From: Fidelibacterota bacterium | GTDB taxonomy: Bacteria; Fidelibacterota; Marinisomatia; Marinisomatales; TCS55 | Length of the DNA stretch: 64,000 nt | NCBI GenBank assembly: GCA_046861385.1 | Contig: JBHHTW010000008.1 | Location: 8,877-72,876 of the forward strand | Direction: 5' to 3' | Shown here: positions 30,947 through 41,728 of the stretch, piece after piece | Layout: the number at the start of each line of letters is the position of its first letter | Position numbering within the stretch: the first letter of the stretch is position 1 | Translations under genes and position numbers: made by a program | The notes under the pieces: generated by a model | Database searches by the model: none | Told to the model about the DNA's origin: nothing | The model's input: only the letters and a program-made list of their open reading frames with translations

Positions 30947-33871
30947 TTATTTCACCAATATCATCTTAATTGTTTTTGTTTTCGACCCGGATGTCAAACG
31001 GACAAAATAGACACCACTTGAATTTGAAAAACTTTTCCACTGTATGGAATAATTCCCGGGATCCAGAGATTCATTAATTAGCGTCGAAACCAGTCGTCCG
31101 GTGACGTCAAATATCTGTAGAGATGTCTCCTGCAATGATTCAACTGAAAATTGAATGGTGGTCGTAGGATTGAATGGGTTGGGGTAATTCTGATTCAAAC
31201 TAAATTCTTGTGGAACCAAACCCTCTTCTTTTATATTGGATAAAATACCTTGCTCTGGTGGTTCAATGTAACTATCCGTATATATGTGAAATTCTCCCGG
31301 GAATAATGATATTTGATCACCAACATTTTGTACACTAAGGCTATCTCCCGAAAAATAATCATACCACATTCCAGCATGATGAAACTGGGGGGGAATGGAT
31401 TGATTGATAACACCGAAATTGCCAATAATCACCGCATTCATATCACTATGAGATAATCGAATCCGTTTCTTTCCAGTTGAACTGCTGACGGATAAAGACA
31501 CATCAGTATCTGCACTGTGAAAAACTGCGTTTTCTTTACGCAATTTGATTAATGCTTGATACACCTTATACAGTCTGCTACGATTTGTATTGTTGTAATA
31601 ATTCCAAAGAATCGGTTTTTCACAAATACGGCACGGATCATCAATGCTAACATCATACCCTAATTCACCAAACTGCCAAAGCATTTTTGGTCCTGGAATG
31701 GTAAAGAAAAAAGCGCCAACTGCTTTCATCCTGTTTAATGCAGTTGATAATTGTGTAACATCGTAATCTCCCGAGCTGTCACCCCAAGTTAAATTTTTGT
31801 ACATGAGTCGTTCTTCGTCATGGCTTTCAAAATAAGTGACTAAATGTGGATTGTTCCAACCTCTTGTTCCATAATAACCCCATGAAAAATCAGAATTACT
31901 GTTATAGCCCATTGCAGCTTCAGCATAATTATAATTGGTATTCCCCCATAATAGCATACCATAATCAGCCAATTCCTTCTCTTCAGAGTTTACTGCCAGA
32001 TGCTCCAAAATTACGTACGCCGTAGAATCAGCTTCCCAAATTTCATCAGCCATTCGTTTCAATATTCGAATTCGATCTGCATCATAATTGCTTCCCCAGG
32101 GATCATTTGATCCTTTGATATTATTTCCAAACCCTTTGGTAAAATCAAACCGGAAACCATCTATTTTATATTCATCCATCCAGTAGCGGTTAATGCGGTC
32201 TACTAATTTTTGCGTATGAATACTTTCATGGTTAAAATCGTTGCCCCACTGAGCATCAGGATTGGTAAAGTTGGATTGGGTATTATACCATGGGTTTTGC
32301 GGTGTCGGCGGTCCCCACTCTTCTACATTATATAAACGAACAAATGGTGATTGTCCATATGTATGGTTTAACACAATATCCATCACTACAGCAATTCCTC
32401 GATGGTGGCATTCATCGACAAACGCTTTTAATGCATTTTTCGGACCGTAATATTTATCGGGTGCGAAATAGAAAGATGGGTTATAGCCCCAGCTGGAATT
32501 GCCTTCAAATTCATTGAATGGCATAATTTCAATAGCATTAATCCCCAGATTTTCAAGGTAATCCAGTGTATCAATAAGCGTTTGATAATCATGTCGAGAT
32601 ACAAAATCGCGAATAAGTAACTCATAAATAATGAGTTCTTCTTTTGGTGGTCGTTCAAATGAATCGCTGTATTGCCAATTAAATGGGAGTTGATTTGTTT
32701 GCAAAACTGAAACTATATGATCTGTTTTGCCAAGGGGATATTCTTTGAGGTTTGGATAAGTGATATTGGGTATCCATGGATCATTCCATTTGTCCAGTAT
32801 TTTATCCGTGTACGGATCTGCAATCCTTATTTCGCCATCCACTAAGTATTGAAAAGCATATTCTTGTCCAGGGATTAGGTTGTCCAATGTGATCCAGAAA
32901 TGAACTGAATCTGGTGATCCCACATCTTTCTGCATGTAGTAATCTTCATCGACCGCCCAATCATTGAAATCGCCAATAACATAGATAAATTCTTTATACG
33001 GTGCAAATAATGATAATTGTACCGTACCAATACCGGCATCAATATATGTAATACCATCTTCAGTGCCCGTCGGTCGTTGGCTCTCAATCGGTTCATTGTG
33101 AACCATAATGTAAAACTGCGAGCTGTCTGTTAAACCTGCTGTATCCAACGCGACTGCTATTAGTTCATGCATCCCAAAGGAAAAATTTTGCAAAATTAAA
33201 TCAGTTATCAATGTGTCCGATGATGATTGCGAATGCAGAGAATCATCGACTAACAAAAGTAAATCAGAAATTTCAGTATTGATTGCTGCGCCAGTAATTG
33301 ATACTGGAATTGTATCTGCTGGGAATCCAAATACCGGCGCTCGCCGGGGATCTCTAAAAGAAAAATCTACAAATGGAGACACAACAATTGCTGTTACTCC
33401 GGGATCATACAAATCTAAAAAAATATCGGCACCTCCGATATCTCTTCCAGTTTGGCTTCCATCATGATTACGAAATACAAACGCCAATTGAAGAATCTGT
33501 TCACCATTCGGGACGCCATAATAAGTATGTGGAAACCCAATATCCAATTTCCAAAGATCATTTCCAAGAGGTGTTAATTGAGTATCGTCGGTATTTTCTC
33601 CCCAATTTGTTTTTACATATTTCCAATCACCAGGACTTGTGCTGTTAGTAGTTATTACGCCCGTATGAGCCCAGATATCACCCGAAAAACCCATGAGCCC
33701 CTGGTCGCCTTCTGTGGCGTCAAAATATACGGTTATGGAATCTCCCTCCATTGCATAAAATGGATCCGAATAAACAACTTGAGCATTAATAGTCTGGAAA
33801 AACAAACCGCAAACCAAAACAATAATTCCTTTGGTTTTCATCCGTAATGTTAGAATTTGTCTATCTTTCAT
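30947..33871 (-). CDS. Secreted GH13 alpha-amylase/branching-enzyme-like protein with CBM48 and C-terminal sorting domain
   Basis: Signal peptide; WGYNPSFYFAPDKYYG, DGFRFDFTKG, ESHDEER; C-terminal QNYPNPFNPTT...SGVYFVRL. Confidence 0.9.
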   Translation of the reverse strand: MKDRQILTLRMKTKGIIVLVCGLFFQTINAQVVYSDPFYAMEGDSITVYFDATEGDQGLMGFSGDIWAHTGVITTNSTSPGDWKYVKTNWGENTDDTQLTPLGNDLWKLDIGFPHTYYGVPNGEQILQLAFVFRNHDGSQTGRDIGGADIFLDLYDPGVTAIVVSPFVDFSFRDPRRAPVFGFPADTIPVSITGAAINTEISDLLLLVDDSLHSQSSSDTLITDLILQNFSFGMHELIAVALDTAGLTDSSQFYIMVHNEPIESQRPTGTEDGITYIDAGIGTVQLSLFAPYKEFIYVIGDFNDWAVDEDYYMQKDVGSPDSVHFWITLDNLIPGQEYAFQYLVDGEIRIADPYTDKILDKWNDPWIPNITYPNLKEYPLGKTDHIVSVLQTNQLPFNWQYSDSFERPPKEELIIYELLIRDFVSRHDYQTLIDTLDYLENLGINAIEIMPFNEFEGNSSWGYNPSFYFAPDKYYGPKNALKAFVDECHHRGIAVVMDIVLNHTYGQSPFVRLYNVEEWGPPTPQNPWYNTQSNFTNPDAQWGNDFNHESIHTQKLVDRINRYWMDEYKIDGFRFDFTKGFGNNIKGSNDPWGSNYDADRIRILKRMADEIWEADSTAYVILEHLAVNSEEKELADYGMLLWGNTNYNYAEAAMGYNSNSDFSWGYYGTRGWNNPHLVTYFESHDEERLMYKNLTWGDSSGDYDVTQLSTALNRMKAVGAFFFTIPGPKMLWQFGELGYDVSIDDPCRICEKPILWNYYNNTNRSRLYKVYQALIKLRKENAVFHSADTDVSLSVSSSTGKKRIRLSHSDMNAVIIGNFGVINQSIPPQFHHAGMWYDYFSGDSLSVQNVGDQISLFPGEFHIYTDSYIEPPEQGILSNIKEEGLVPQEFSLNQNYPNPFNPTTTIQFSVESLQETSLQIFDVTGRLVSTLINESLDPGNYSIQWKSFSNSSGVYFVRLTSGSKTKTIKMILVK

Positions 33872-33910
33872 TTTCAGATCATTCCGTTAGAGTGTTTGCC
33901 AATAAGGATT

Positions 33911-35701
33911 CTAATCGTTTGTAGAAAGATGCTTGTACCACGAGAAATACAATATGATTGTAAGTATACCGCAAATTATACCAAGAATCAAGGCGGTCGA
34001 CCATGTTTTAAACATGAGACTCATCATAAATAAAAAGAGTGTAATTTGCCACGGGACAGCAATAATAGTTGAAAATATATCTCTTTTATTTTCAGATTCA
34101 ATGGCAAGTTGTTGTTGAGGACCCAACTGATTTTTGAATTTTCCCCATGTTCCAAAAGGGCGTGTTTTATTATAAAATTTTTGGAGAGTTTCATCGTCCG
34201 TCGGTTCTGTTAATAAAGTACCTAAAATTGTGCCAATCAATGATGCAGAACTAGATACCATAAACATCGTGTATTCCGTAACGCCTTCCGGAGCCATTGC
34301 TTTAAAAGCGATGGCAGAAATCATACCGGCTAACGTACCAATGGAAAATCCCCAGCCATTCATTCGGGACCAATACCAGCGCAGGAGCATGGGAATCAGC
34401 ATTCCAGAACCAATACTCATGGTAATCCAGCCCCATATGGCATTAATATTTTTAAATACCAGCATAGTAGCCAACCCCAATAACACAATCAAAACAGAAG
34501 CGCCATAACTATGGGCCATGAGCTGACGATTATTTGCTTTTGGATTAATATGAACCTGATAAATATCTTTTACCCAATAGGAGGCACCAGCATTCACCGT
34601 CGAGTCAAATGTTGACATTCCTGCGGCCATTAAACCAGCAACCAAAAATCCTTTAATTCCTACCGGTAGCGTTTCCACTACTTTCGGGAGAACAAGTTCA
34701 GGGTCTGTAACTTGGGTCCCAAGTGAAATACCAATCACTGCAATGGCTCCGATGAATACCCAGCGAAATGAGAGGAGGAACACCCATAGGGCGCTCAATA
34801 AACCTGCTTCCCGATCATTTTTTACAGAGAAATATCTTTGAAGCATGTAATTACCAGTTCCGCCTGATCCTTCCAACACTACTTTTATCATGTAAAACAT
34901 AACTGCAATGCCAAACAAATTGTAAATAGAATATTGGGATACTTCATCAATGGCAAGTTTGCTTTGGGGTAAAAAGCTGGACCATTCTCTGAAAGTCGTA
35001 TCGAATCGTTGAAATGTTCCATCAAACATGGGTAATGAAATTGAAAAGGTTTCCGGCAAATTAATTTGGAGAGCAACATATGCCATATACATAATAGCGG
35101 AAAAAATAAACATACCCTGAAAAACATCCGTCCAAACAACGCCATATAATCCAGATGCAACCGTATAGATCATGGCAATAGAAATCAATAAGGCGGCTGC
35201 CCAGAATTCAGATGGTAACCCGAGATAATTACCAATTCCTAAAAATGAATCTAAGAATTTTCCGCCGCCAAGAGCAAAATAGGTCACCATAGCAATGGTC
35301 ATAACAATAGAAGAAATTGCTGCGATTAGACGCGCTGCTTCACCTTGTTTGCCATTTCCAAAACGGAGTTTCATCCATTCAGCCAAAGTCATGGCGCCGG
35401 AACGGGTATTCCACTTACCCATAAAAATCATCAGAAATGCCATAATCAGCGTAACGCCACCCCTGATTTCGATATAAAATCCTTTGGCGCCCAAAGCATA
35501 AATTAATGCTGCAATTATCATGGTTCCGGTAATGTCCAAATTCGACGACATCCCGGAGGATGCCAATGCCCACCAAGGTAATTTGCGACTGCCAAGGAAA
35601 TACGAATCGATGTCTTCACTTGCTTTTTTGCGCATGAACAATCCTACAAGGACAATGGCAATTAAATAAATTAGAACAATGGTGTAATCAATGGCTGTCA
35701 T
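33911..35701 (-). CDS. Sodium:solute symporter (probable maltose/maltodextrin or glucose uptake)
   Basis: YFLGSRKLPWW, SGLYGVVWTD, QRYFS, AAGMSTFDS; located in the alpha-glucan operon. Confidence 0.9.
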   Translation of the reverse strand: MTAIDYTIVLIYLIAIVLVGLFMRKKASEDIDSYFLGSRKLPWWALASSGMSSNLDITGTMIIAALIYALGAKGFYIEIRGGVTLIMAFLMIFMGKWNTRSGAMTLAEWMKLRFGNGKQGEAARLIAAISSIVMTIAMVTYFALGGGKFLDSFLGIGNYLGLPSEFWAAALLISIAMIYTVASGLYGVVWTDVFQGMFIFSAIMYMAYVALQINLPETFSISLPMFDGTFQRFDTTFREWSSFLPQSKLAIDEVSQYSIYNLFGIAVMFYMIKVVLEGSGGTGNYMLQRYFSVKNDREAGLLSALWVFLLSFRWVFIGAIAVIGISLGTQVTDPELVLPKVVETLPVGIKGFLVAGLMAAGMSTFDSTVNAGASYWVKDIYQVHINPKANNRQLMAHSYGASVLIVLLGLATMLVFKNINAIWGWITMSIGSGMLIPMLLRWYWSRMNGWGFSIGTLAGMISAIAFKAMAPEGVTEYTMFMVSSSASLIGTILGTLLTEPTDDETLQKFYNKTRPFGTWGKFKNQLGPQQQLAIESENKRDIFSTIIAVPWQITLFLFMMSLMFKTWSTALILGIICGILTIILYFSWYKHLSTND

Positions 35702-35715
35702 AGTTTTTTCACTTT

Positions 35716-37362
35716 CTAATAATATTTTGTCTGATAATCTCGAATCATTCGGAGAGCAGTAAACTGGACTCCGGTTTTAATAGAAGCCTTCATAATATTT
35801 ATCCACGCTGTAGATTCACCATAATATAGTGGTATTATTTCATTCTCTAATAGTTCATATAAATGGTTTGCGTCAGCCTCATCGTCTGGTGTGTCAGGAT
35901 TTCCAATAGCCCAGCCGTTTATTCCATGGTCGCATCCTTCAGCCCACCATCCGTCTAATACAGATAAATTGGGAACACCATTTAGCGCCGCTTTCATTCC
36001 ACTCGTCCCGGACGCTTCATTGGGCCGTAAAGGTGTATTTAGCCAAATATCAACTCCGGAAGTAATTAACCGTCCCAGCCACATATTGTAATTTTCGAGA
36101 AAAATTACTTTCACTTTTCCATAAAGCTTATTTGAGTTGGCGACTACTTCCCGAATAATACTTTTCCCTTGATCATCTTTTGGATGTGCTTTTCCGGCAA
36201 AAACAAATTGTACCTTACCATGGGATAATTTGATGAATCGATCCATATCGGAAAATAATAAATGAGCTCGTTTATAAGTGGCAGCTCGTCGGGCAAAACC
36301 TATAGTTAACACCTGCCGGCTCAATGCTTTCTGGACTTGGGCATTGGCATAACCCAACAATGTCCGCTTACGATTTGCATGAGCGACCAATAGTTTTTCA
36401 TCCGGGATTGAATCTAAGTTCAATAATTTTTCTCCTTCTTGTCTCCATCCCGGTAAATAATCATCAAATAATTCACGGTATTGTGGACAAACCCAATAGG
36501 GATGATAAACACCATTGGTAATATGTCCAATTTTGAATTGAGGAAATTGATTTTGTGCCACTTTACCATGGAGTTCAGAAACACCATTGGCTGAACGACT
36601 AAAATACAACCCCAATTCAGTCATGTGTAATCGGCTATTTTGAACCAATGATGGTAATTCAAGATTTTCAGGAATTAAATCATGAAGAAGGTTCTTAACT
36701 CTCTTTACTGAAAAATGATCGTGCCCGGCAGCAACGGGTGTATGGGTTGTAAAATGGCACTTCTTTCTTACTACTTGTTCATCTTTAAATTTGTCCAGCA
36801 GCCCAAGGGTAAGAAAAGAACAATGCCCTTCATTCATATGAAATGTTTCGATGTTTTCCAAAATACCCAAGTGCTTCAATAAATGAATGCCACCAAAACC
36901 CAAAATAGCTTCTTGCATAATTCTATGATCTTTGTTCCCGGAATATAGTCGTAAAGAAATGATTCTATCTTCTTCAGTATTACTATCCAAATCGGTATCC
37001 ATAAAATAAATAGGAACTGTGTGACCACTCAATCCTTTGTAGTCCAAACGAAATACTTCTACTTGGACGTTTCTGTCTCGAAGGTGGAGTGGAAACGTAA
37101 AATCCAGTTTTGTTAACAAGGGTTCTGGATCAAATTTTGGATAAGTCTCGGATTGATTTCCTTTTTCATCTATGCGCTGTTTGAAATATCCTTCTTTGTA
37201 TAACAATGTAATGGCACAAAACGGCAGACCCTCATCCGTAGCTGCCTTAATATGATCTCCGGCCAAAACACCCAGACCGCCACTATAGGTAGGCAAGCTG
37301 GAACTAATTCCAATTTCTGCAGAAAAATAAGCAATTTTTATTTGTGATTCTGTTGAGGTCAT
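35716..37362 (-). CDS. glgP: Alpha-glucan phosphorylase (GT35, short form)
   Basis: YSGGLGVLAGD, HMNEGH, FARRAATYKR, EASGTSGMK. Confidence 0.93.
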   Translation of the reverse strand: MTSTESQIKIAYFSAEIGISSSLPTYSGGLGVLAGDHIKAATDEGLPFCAITLLYKEGYFKQRIDEKGNQSETYPKFDPEPLLTKLDFTFPLHLRDRNVQVEVFRLDYKGLSGHTVPIYFMDTDLDSNTEEDRIISLRLYSGNKDHRIMQEAILGFGGIHLLKHLGILENIETFHMNEGHCSFLTLGLLDKFKDEQVVRKKCHFTTHTPVAAGHDHFSVKRVKNLLHDLIPENLELPSLVQNSRLHMTELGLYFSRSANGVSELHGKVAQNQFPQFKIGHITNGVYHPYWVCPQYRELFDDYLPGWRQEGEKLLNLDSIPDEKLLVAHANRKRTLLGYANAQVQKALSRQVLTIGFARRAATYKRAHLLFSDMDRFIKLSHGKVQFVFAGKAHPKDDQGKSIIREVVANSNKLYGKVKVIFLENYNMWLGRLITSGVDIWLNTPLRPNEASGTSGMKAALNGVPNLSVLDGWWAEGCDHGINGWAIGNPDTPDDEADANHLYELLENEIIPLYYGESTAWINIMKASIKTGVQFTALRMIRDYQTKYY

Positions 37363-37364
37363 TT

Positions 37365-38897
37365 TTATCGCATCCTGTTACTTTCTTCAGTCAATTTTCT
37401 CATTCGTTTTATTAATTTATCTGATAATTGGGCTTTTTGGAATCGCCATTCCCAATTCCCTTCAACCGTACCGGGTATATTCATTCGAGCTGTCGAATCC
37501 AAACCCAAAATATCCTGGAGCGGTATAATCGCCGTATTGCTCTTTGAGTTCAACGTAAAGGAAATAAAATCCCAATTAATTTCAGACCCATCAGTATCAA
37601 GTAATTCTAAGGCTTTGTTTTTTTCAAAGGAAATTTCATCGGCAGATTGTTTATTCCCAACACCCGGTTTGGATTGAAACCATCCGATAGAGGTATCGTT
37701 GTCGTGGGTTCCCGTATATACAACAATGTTTTCTTGATTTAATTCATGGATAGAGCCGTTGATATTATTATCATTTCCAAAAGACATTTGTAAAATTTTC
37801 ATCCCGGGAATATTAAACATTTTTTTTATTGGCTCTGAATCCGATGCCGCTTCGCCTAAATCTTCTGCAATGATGGGTTTTGAACCAATACTCTTTTTCA
37901 CGGCAGATAGTAATGTTTCTCCGGGACCTTTAACCCATTGAGCCTTTGCGCCATCGGATTTATCCATCGGTATTTCCCAATATTTCGCAAACCCGTTGAA
38001 ATGATCAATCCTGACAACATCCACTAAGGTAAATAAATGTTTAAACCGAGAAATCCACCAAACATAATTTGATTTATCATGAGCATCCCAATTATAAATA
38101 GGATGACCCCAAACCTGGCCTTCTTTAAGGAAAAAATCCGGTGGGCAGCCTGATTGAGATTTCATACACCCAAACTCATCCAGTTTAAACAGACCCGGGT
38201 TTGCCCACACATCAGCACTATCATGGGACACATAAATAGGAATGTCGCCTACTATACGAATTCCTTTTTCATTGGCATAATTTTTCAACTGCTGCCATTG
38301 GGTATGAAATAGGAATTGTTGAATTTTTAGTTTTTGAATATAGTCTCGTTGTTGATGTTGGATTTCCTTTTGATCGACTTCGTTAATATTTAAATATTTA
38401 TGTTCCCACTTTGTCCATGTTTTATTATTATGAATTTTTTTAAGTGACAGAAATAAAGTATACGTATTTAACCAAAACTCGTTTTTTTTACAATATATTT
38501 CATATTGCTGCTTTACATTTTCAGAGGCTCTTTCAAAAAAATGATTGCTTACAACATTTAGAATCTTGAGTCTATCCGGGATTACTGTCGTGAAGTCGAC
38601 TTTTCTTTTAGAATATTTTTGGAGATTATTTAACTCACTTTTCAGTAAATAACCATCTTCCAATAAAGAATCAAAGCTGATTAGAATTGGGTTATTTGCG
38701 AAGGCTGAAACTGATGTATAGGGAGAGCGATTTGATCCTGTATCACAGGTGGGCAAAATTTGCCAAAGGCGTTGTCCCATTTCAGCAAGTTGGTCAATGA
38801 ATTTGAAAGCTTCCGGCCCTATTTCTCCTATCCCGTAGGCCCCCGGGAGTGAAGAAATATGAAGCAGAACACCGCTTTCTCTGGGGAAAAATTTCAA
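37365..38897 (-). CDS. malQ: 4-alpha-glucanotransferase (GH77)
   Basis: RESGVLLHISSLP, GDIPIYV, RIDHF, AEDLG, YTGTHDNDT, RMNIPG; TTG start. Confidence 0.95.
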   Translation of the reverse strand: MKFFPRESGVLLHISSLPGAYGIGEIGPEAFKFIDQLAEMGQRLWQILPTCDTGSNRSPYTSVSAFANNPILISFDSLLEDGYLLKSELNNLQKYSKRKVDFTTVIPDRLKILNVVSNHFFERASENVKQQYEIYCKKNEFWLNTYTLFLSLKKIHNNKTWTKWEHKYLNINEVDQKEIQHQQRDYIQKLKIQQFLFHTQWQQLKNYANEKGIRIVGDIPIYVSHDSADVWANPGLFKLDEFGCMKSQSGCPPDFFLKEGQVWGHPIYNWDAHDKSNYVWWISRFKHLFTLVDVVRIDHFNGFAKYWEIPMDKSDGAKAQWVKGPGETLLSAVKKSIGSKPIIAEDLGEAASDSEPIKKMFNIPGMKILQMSFGNDNNINGSIHELNQENIVVYTGTHDNDTSIGWFQSKPGVGNKQSADEISFEKNKALELLDTDGSEINWDFISFTLNSKSNTAIIPLQDILGLDSTARMNIPGTVEGNWEWRFQKAQLSDKLIKRMRKLTEESNRMR

Positions 38898-38914
38898 TTA
38901 ATATTCCTTAAATA

Positions 38915-39748
38915 TTAAGCAATGAAACCGCTTGGATCTTGAGCCTGAGAAATCAATCTATCCAAATCAAATTCATCTTTTTGCATAATATTTTTTACAA
39001 TCGGATTAATATCTATATCAAGACGCTGCCCGGCTAAGGTAATATCCAAAACAATGTAATCTGATGCAATTTTTGTAATGGCCGGGTTTGAAGTCCAAAT
39101 TGCACGTCCATTATGTTTGGACGCGCTTCCCATGATTGTCACTTTATGATCAATCACCATTACAATTTTGGGTTTCCAAATTTTCTGAATATCTTCTTCT
39201 TTCAACTTATATGAAATGGTTGTTCCTATAGGATGACTGATTTCGGAAAAAGAAAAAACTATAATATCAATATTCCGCTCATGAGCTGATTGTAATTCTT
39301 TGTACACTTTTTTGAATTCGCCGTTCCATACATTGATTATGATGGATGATTTTGCATTATTGATAGCTTCACGCATTTTAAAAATAAGATTGGCATATCC
39401 ATGGATATGCCAAAAATCAAACGCTTCTTCATTTAAATCTAATTTATCTAATGCTGTTTTCAATCCGTCTATTTGGTCATCGTGCAAATTTTTTAAATGT
39501 TCTATCAGTGAATATGGAGATAAAGGGATAAACCGTTTTGGAGAATCTCCCTCAGAATTCACTATACCTTTTTTTTCTAATCGGTTTAATGTGGCATAAA
39601 TTGCAGAACGGGGAATACCGGCATCCTTGCTGATTTCGTAACCAGTTGCTGGATTATTTTGTATCAAGCTAATATAAGCTCTTGCTGCATTTGTCGATAT
39701 ACCGAATTGTTCCAGTAATAGTATAATTTCTTTATCAGTATTTGTCAT
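38915..39748 (-). CDS. TrmB-family transcriptional regulator
   Basis: N-terminal winged HTH (ATGYEISKDAGIPRSAIYATLNRLEKKG) plus effector domain; first gene of the malQ-glgP operon. Confidence 0.9.
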   Translation of the reverse strand: MTNTDKEIILLLEQFGISTNAARAYISLIQNNPATGYEISKDAGIPRSAIYATLNRLEKKGIVNSEGDSPKRFIPLSPYSLIEHLKNLHDDQIDGLKTALDKLDLNEEAFDFWHIHGYANLIFKMREAINNAKSSIIINVWNGEFKKVYKELQSAHERNIDIIVFSFSEISHPIGTTISYKLKEEDIQKIWKPKIVMVIDHKVTIMGSASKHNGRAIWTSNPAITKIASDYIVLDITLAGQRLDIDINPIVKNIMQKDEFDLDRLISQAQDPSGFIA

Positions 39749-39828
39749 AGTTCTTTTGAATTAATAATTTATTTAAAATTAATCAAATTCTGTTGAGCTG
39801 TTGGCTTGAATATACTTAAGTTACAAAC

Positions 39829-39850
39829 AGTAACTCAATAGTGAGTTACT
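39829..39850. promoter_or_regulatory. Candidate TrmB-family operator, copy 3 (perfect palindrome, between trmB and the GH13/TBDR operon)
   Basis: AGTAACTCA-ATAG-TGAGTTACT. Confidence 0.8.
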
Positions 39851-39883
39851 AATAATTATAGTTATTTAGCTAAACACTTTTAT

Positions 39884-41728
39884 ATGAAATTCATACTTTG
39901 CTCATTGCTATCAAGTGCGATGTTTATAAAAGCCGAAAGCCCTGATTGGGCAAAGAACGCCGTCTGGTATCAAATTTTTCCTGATCGATTTTATAACGGG
40001 GATAAAACAAACGACCCCACATTAGAAAGCCTGATTGGGACATGGCCTTGGGAGCGTCAAGATGAATGGAGCCTTTCCCCCTGGACTTCAGATTGGTATC
40101 AATTTCAACCGTGGGAAAAAGAAAACGGTAATGATTTTCGGTACCAGTTTCAAATACGCCGGTATGGTGGTGATTTACAAGGAGTAATTGATAAACTGGG
40201 TTATTTAGAACAATTGGGTATTAATGCCATTTATTTTAATCCGATATTCGATTCTCCATCTTCCCATAAATACGGCGCAGCTTATTACCATCACATTGAT
40301 AGATATTTCGGACCTGATCCTTATGGTGATACCAAAATAATGGAATCTGAGACACCTGACGACCCCGAAACTTGGCAGTGGACAAGTGCCGATAAATTGT
40401 TTCTTGATTTAATTCAAAAAGCCCATCATAAAAATATTAGAATTATCCTAGATGGCGTATTTAATCATGTGGGGCTCACATTTTGGGCATTTCGGGATGT
40501 AATCGAGAATAGAGAAAACAGCCCATATTATTCATTATTTAATATTGAAGGTTCTGAATTAATGGACAAATCCCATCTCAACGATTATCAAACTCTACCT
40601 GATTATTTAATCCAAAAAGACCAATCTCCCCTTCGATATACCGGCTATGTGGCAGATCTTCCAGCTTTTCGTCAGAATGAAGGGGGACCCGTTGAACCCA
40701 TCCGAAGTCACATTCACCAGGTTGTTAACCGTTGGATGGACCCAAACGGTGATGGTGATCCATCCGATGGTATTGACGGCTGGCGACTGGACGTGGCAGA
40801 GCGCGTACAAATGGTATTCTGGGATCAATTTGGCAAGTGGGTTCGGGAAATCAATCCTGAGGCGTATATTACCGGAGAAGTATGGTGGGAAGACTGGTGG
40901 AATAATAAACAATTTAATGCTTCACCTTGGTTAGAAAATGGTCGATTTGATGCTGTGATGAATTATCGTTTTGGGGATGCCATGTTTAGATTCTTCATCA
41001 ATCAGAAAACGCAAATTTCTCCATCAAGCTTGGATAGTTTGCTGAATGGAATAATTTCAGATTATGGTTACGAAAAAACATTGGTGCTGCAAAATATATT
41101 GGACAGCCATGACATGGAACGTCTTGCGTCGGCTGTAGTGAACCCTGACCGATGGATTGATCATGGAAACAACGTTTGGTACAACCGCGAGTTTGATATT
41201 AGAAAACCCACGGCAAATGAAAGACAAATTCAAAAGACCATTATTACATTTCAGTTTGTATTCCCCGGGGCGCCTTTTATATATTATGGTGACGAAGCGG
41301 GCATGTGGGGTGCCGATGATCCCGGCTGCAGGAAGCCCATGGTTTGGCAGGAGTTCATTTATGATACTGAAAAAGCTCATTTTTGTGACGAATTAGATGA
41401 TTGCTCAGGTTCCCGGCCTGTCGATGAAGTTTTTTTTGATGATGATTTATGGACCCATTATCACCAACTCATTATGTTACGTAAAAAACATAAATCCCTT
41501 TCAAGGGGAGAGTATCTAGTTGTTTACACTAATGATAAAACGGGTATATTTGCCTTTGAGAGACATCATGATAATGAACGAATTTTAGCAGTTTTCAACA
41601 GTTCAAAAAATTCGATTTTATTAAATGATGATATTTTTCCTGAAAGCAGATCAAGTTGGAAACAGTTATTTGGTACTATTTCAAATAATTTAAATGCAAA
41701 AGATGCAAAAATATTTATTCATTACTAG
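39884..41728 (+). CDS. GH13 neopullulanase/cyclomaltodextrinase-like, secreted
   Basis: WYQIFPDRF, GGDLQGV, LDGVFNH, DGWRLDVA, DSHD, YYGDEAG. Confidence 0.92.
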   Translation: MKFILCSLLSSAMFIKAESPDWAKNAVWYQIFPDRFYNGDKTNDPTLESLIGTWPWERQDEWSLSPWTSDWYQFQPWEKENGNDFRYQFQIRRYGGDLQGVIDKLGYLEQLGINAIYFNPIFDSPSSHKYGAAYYHHIDRYFGPDPYGDTKIMESETPDDPETWQWTSADKLFLDLIQKAHHKNIRIILDGVFNHVGLTFWAFRDVIENRENSPYYSLFNIEGSELMDKSHLNDYQTLPDYLIQKDQSPLRYTGYVADLPAFRQNEGGPVEPIRSHIHQVVNRWMDPNGDGDPSDGIDGWRLDVAERVQMVFWDQFGKWVREINPEAYITGEVWWEDWWNNKQFNASPWLENGRFDAVMNYRFGDAMFRFFINQKTQISPSSLDSLLNGIISDYGYEKTLVLQNILDSHDMERLASAVVNPDRWIDHGNNVWYNREFDIRKPTANERQIQKTIITFQFVFPGAPFIYYGDEAGMWGADDPGCRKPMVWQEFIYDTEKAHFCDELDDCSGSRPVDEVFFDDDLWTHYHQLIMLRKKHKSLSRGEYLVVYTNDKTGIFAFERHHDNERILAVFNSSKNSILLNDDIFPESRSSWKQLFGTISNNLNAKDAKIFIHY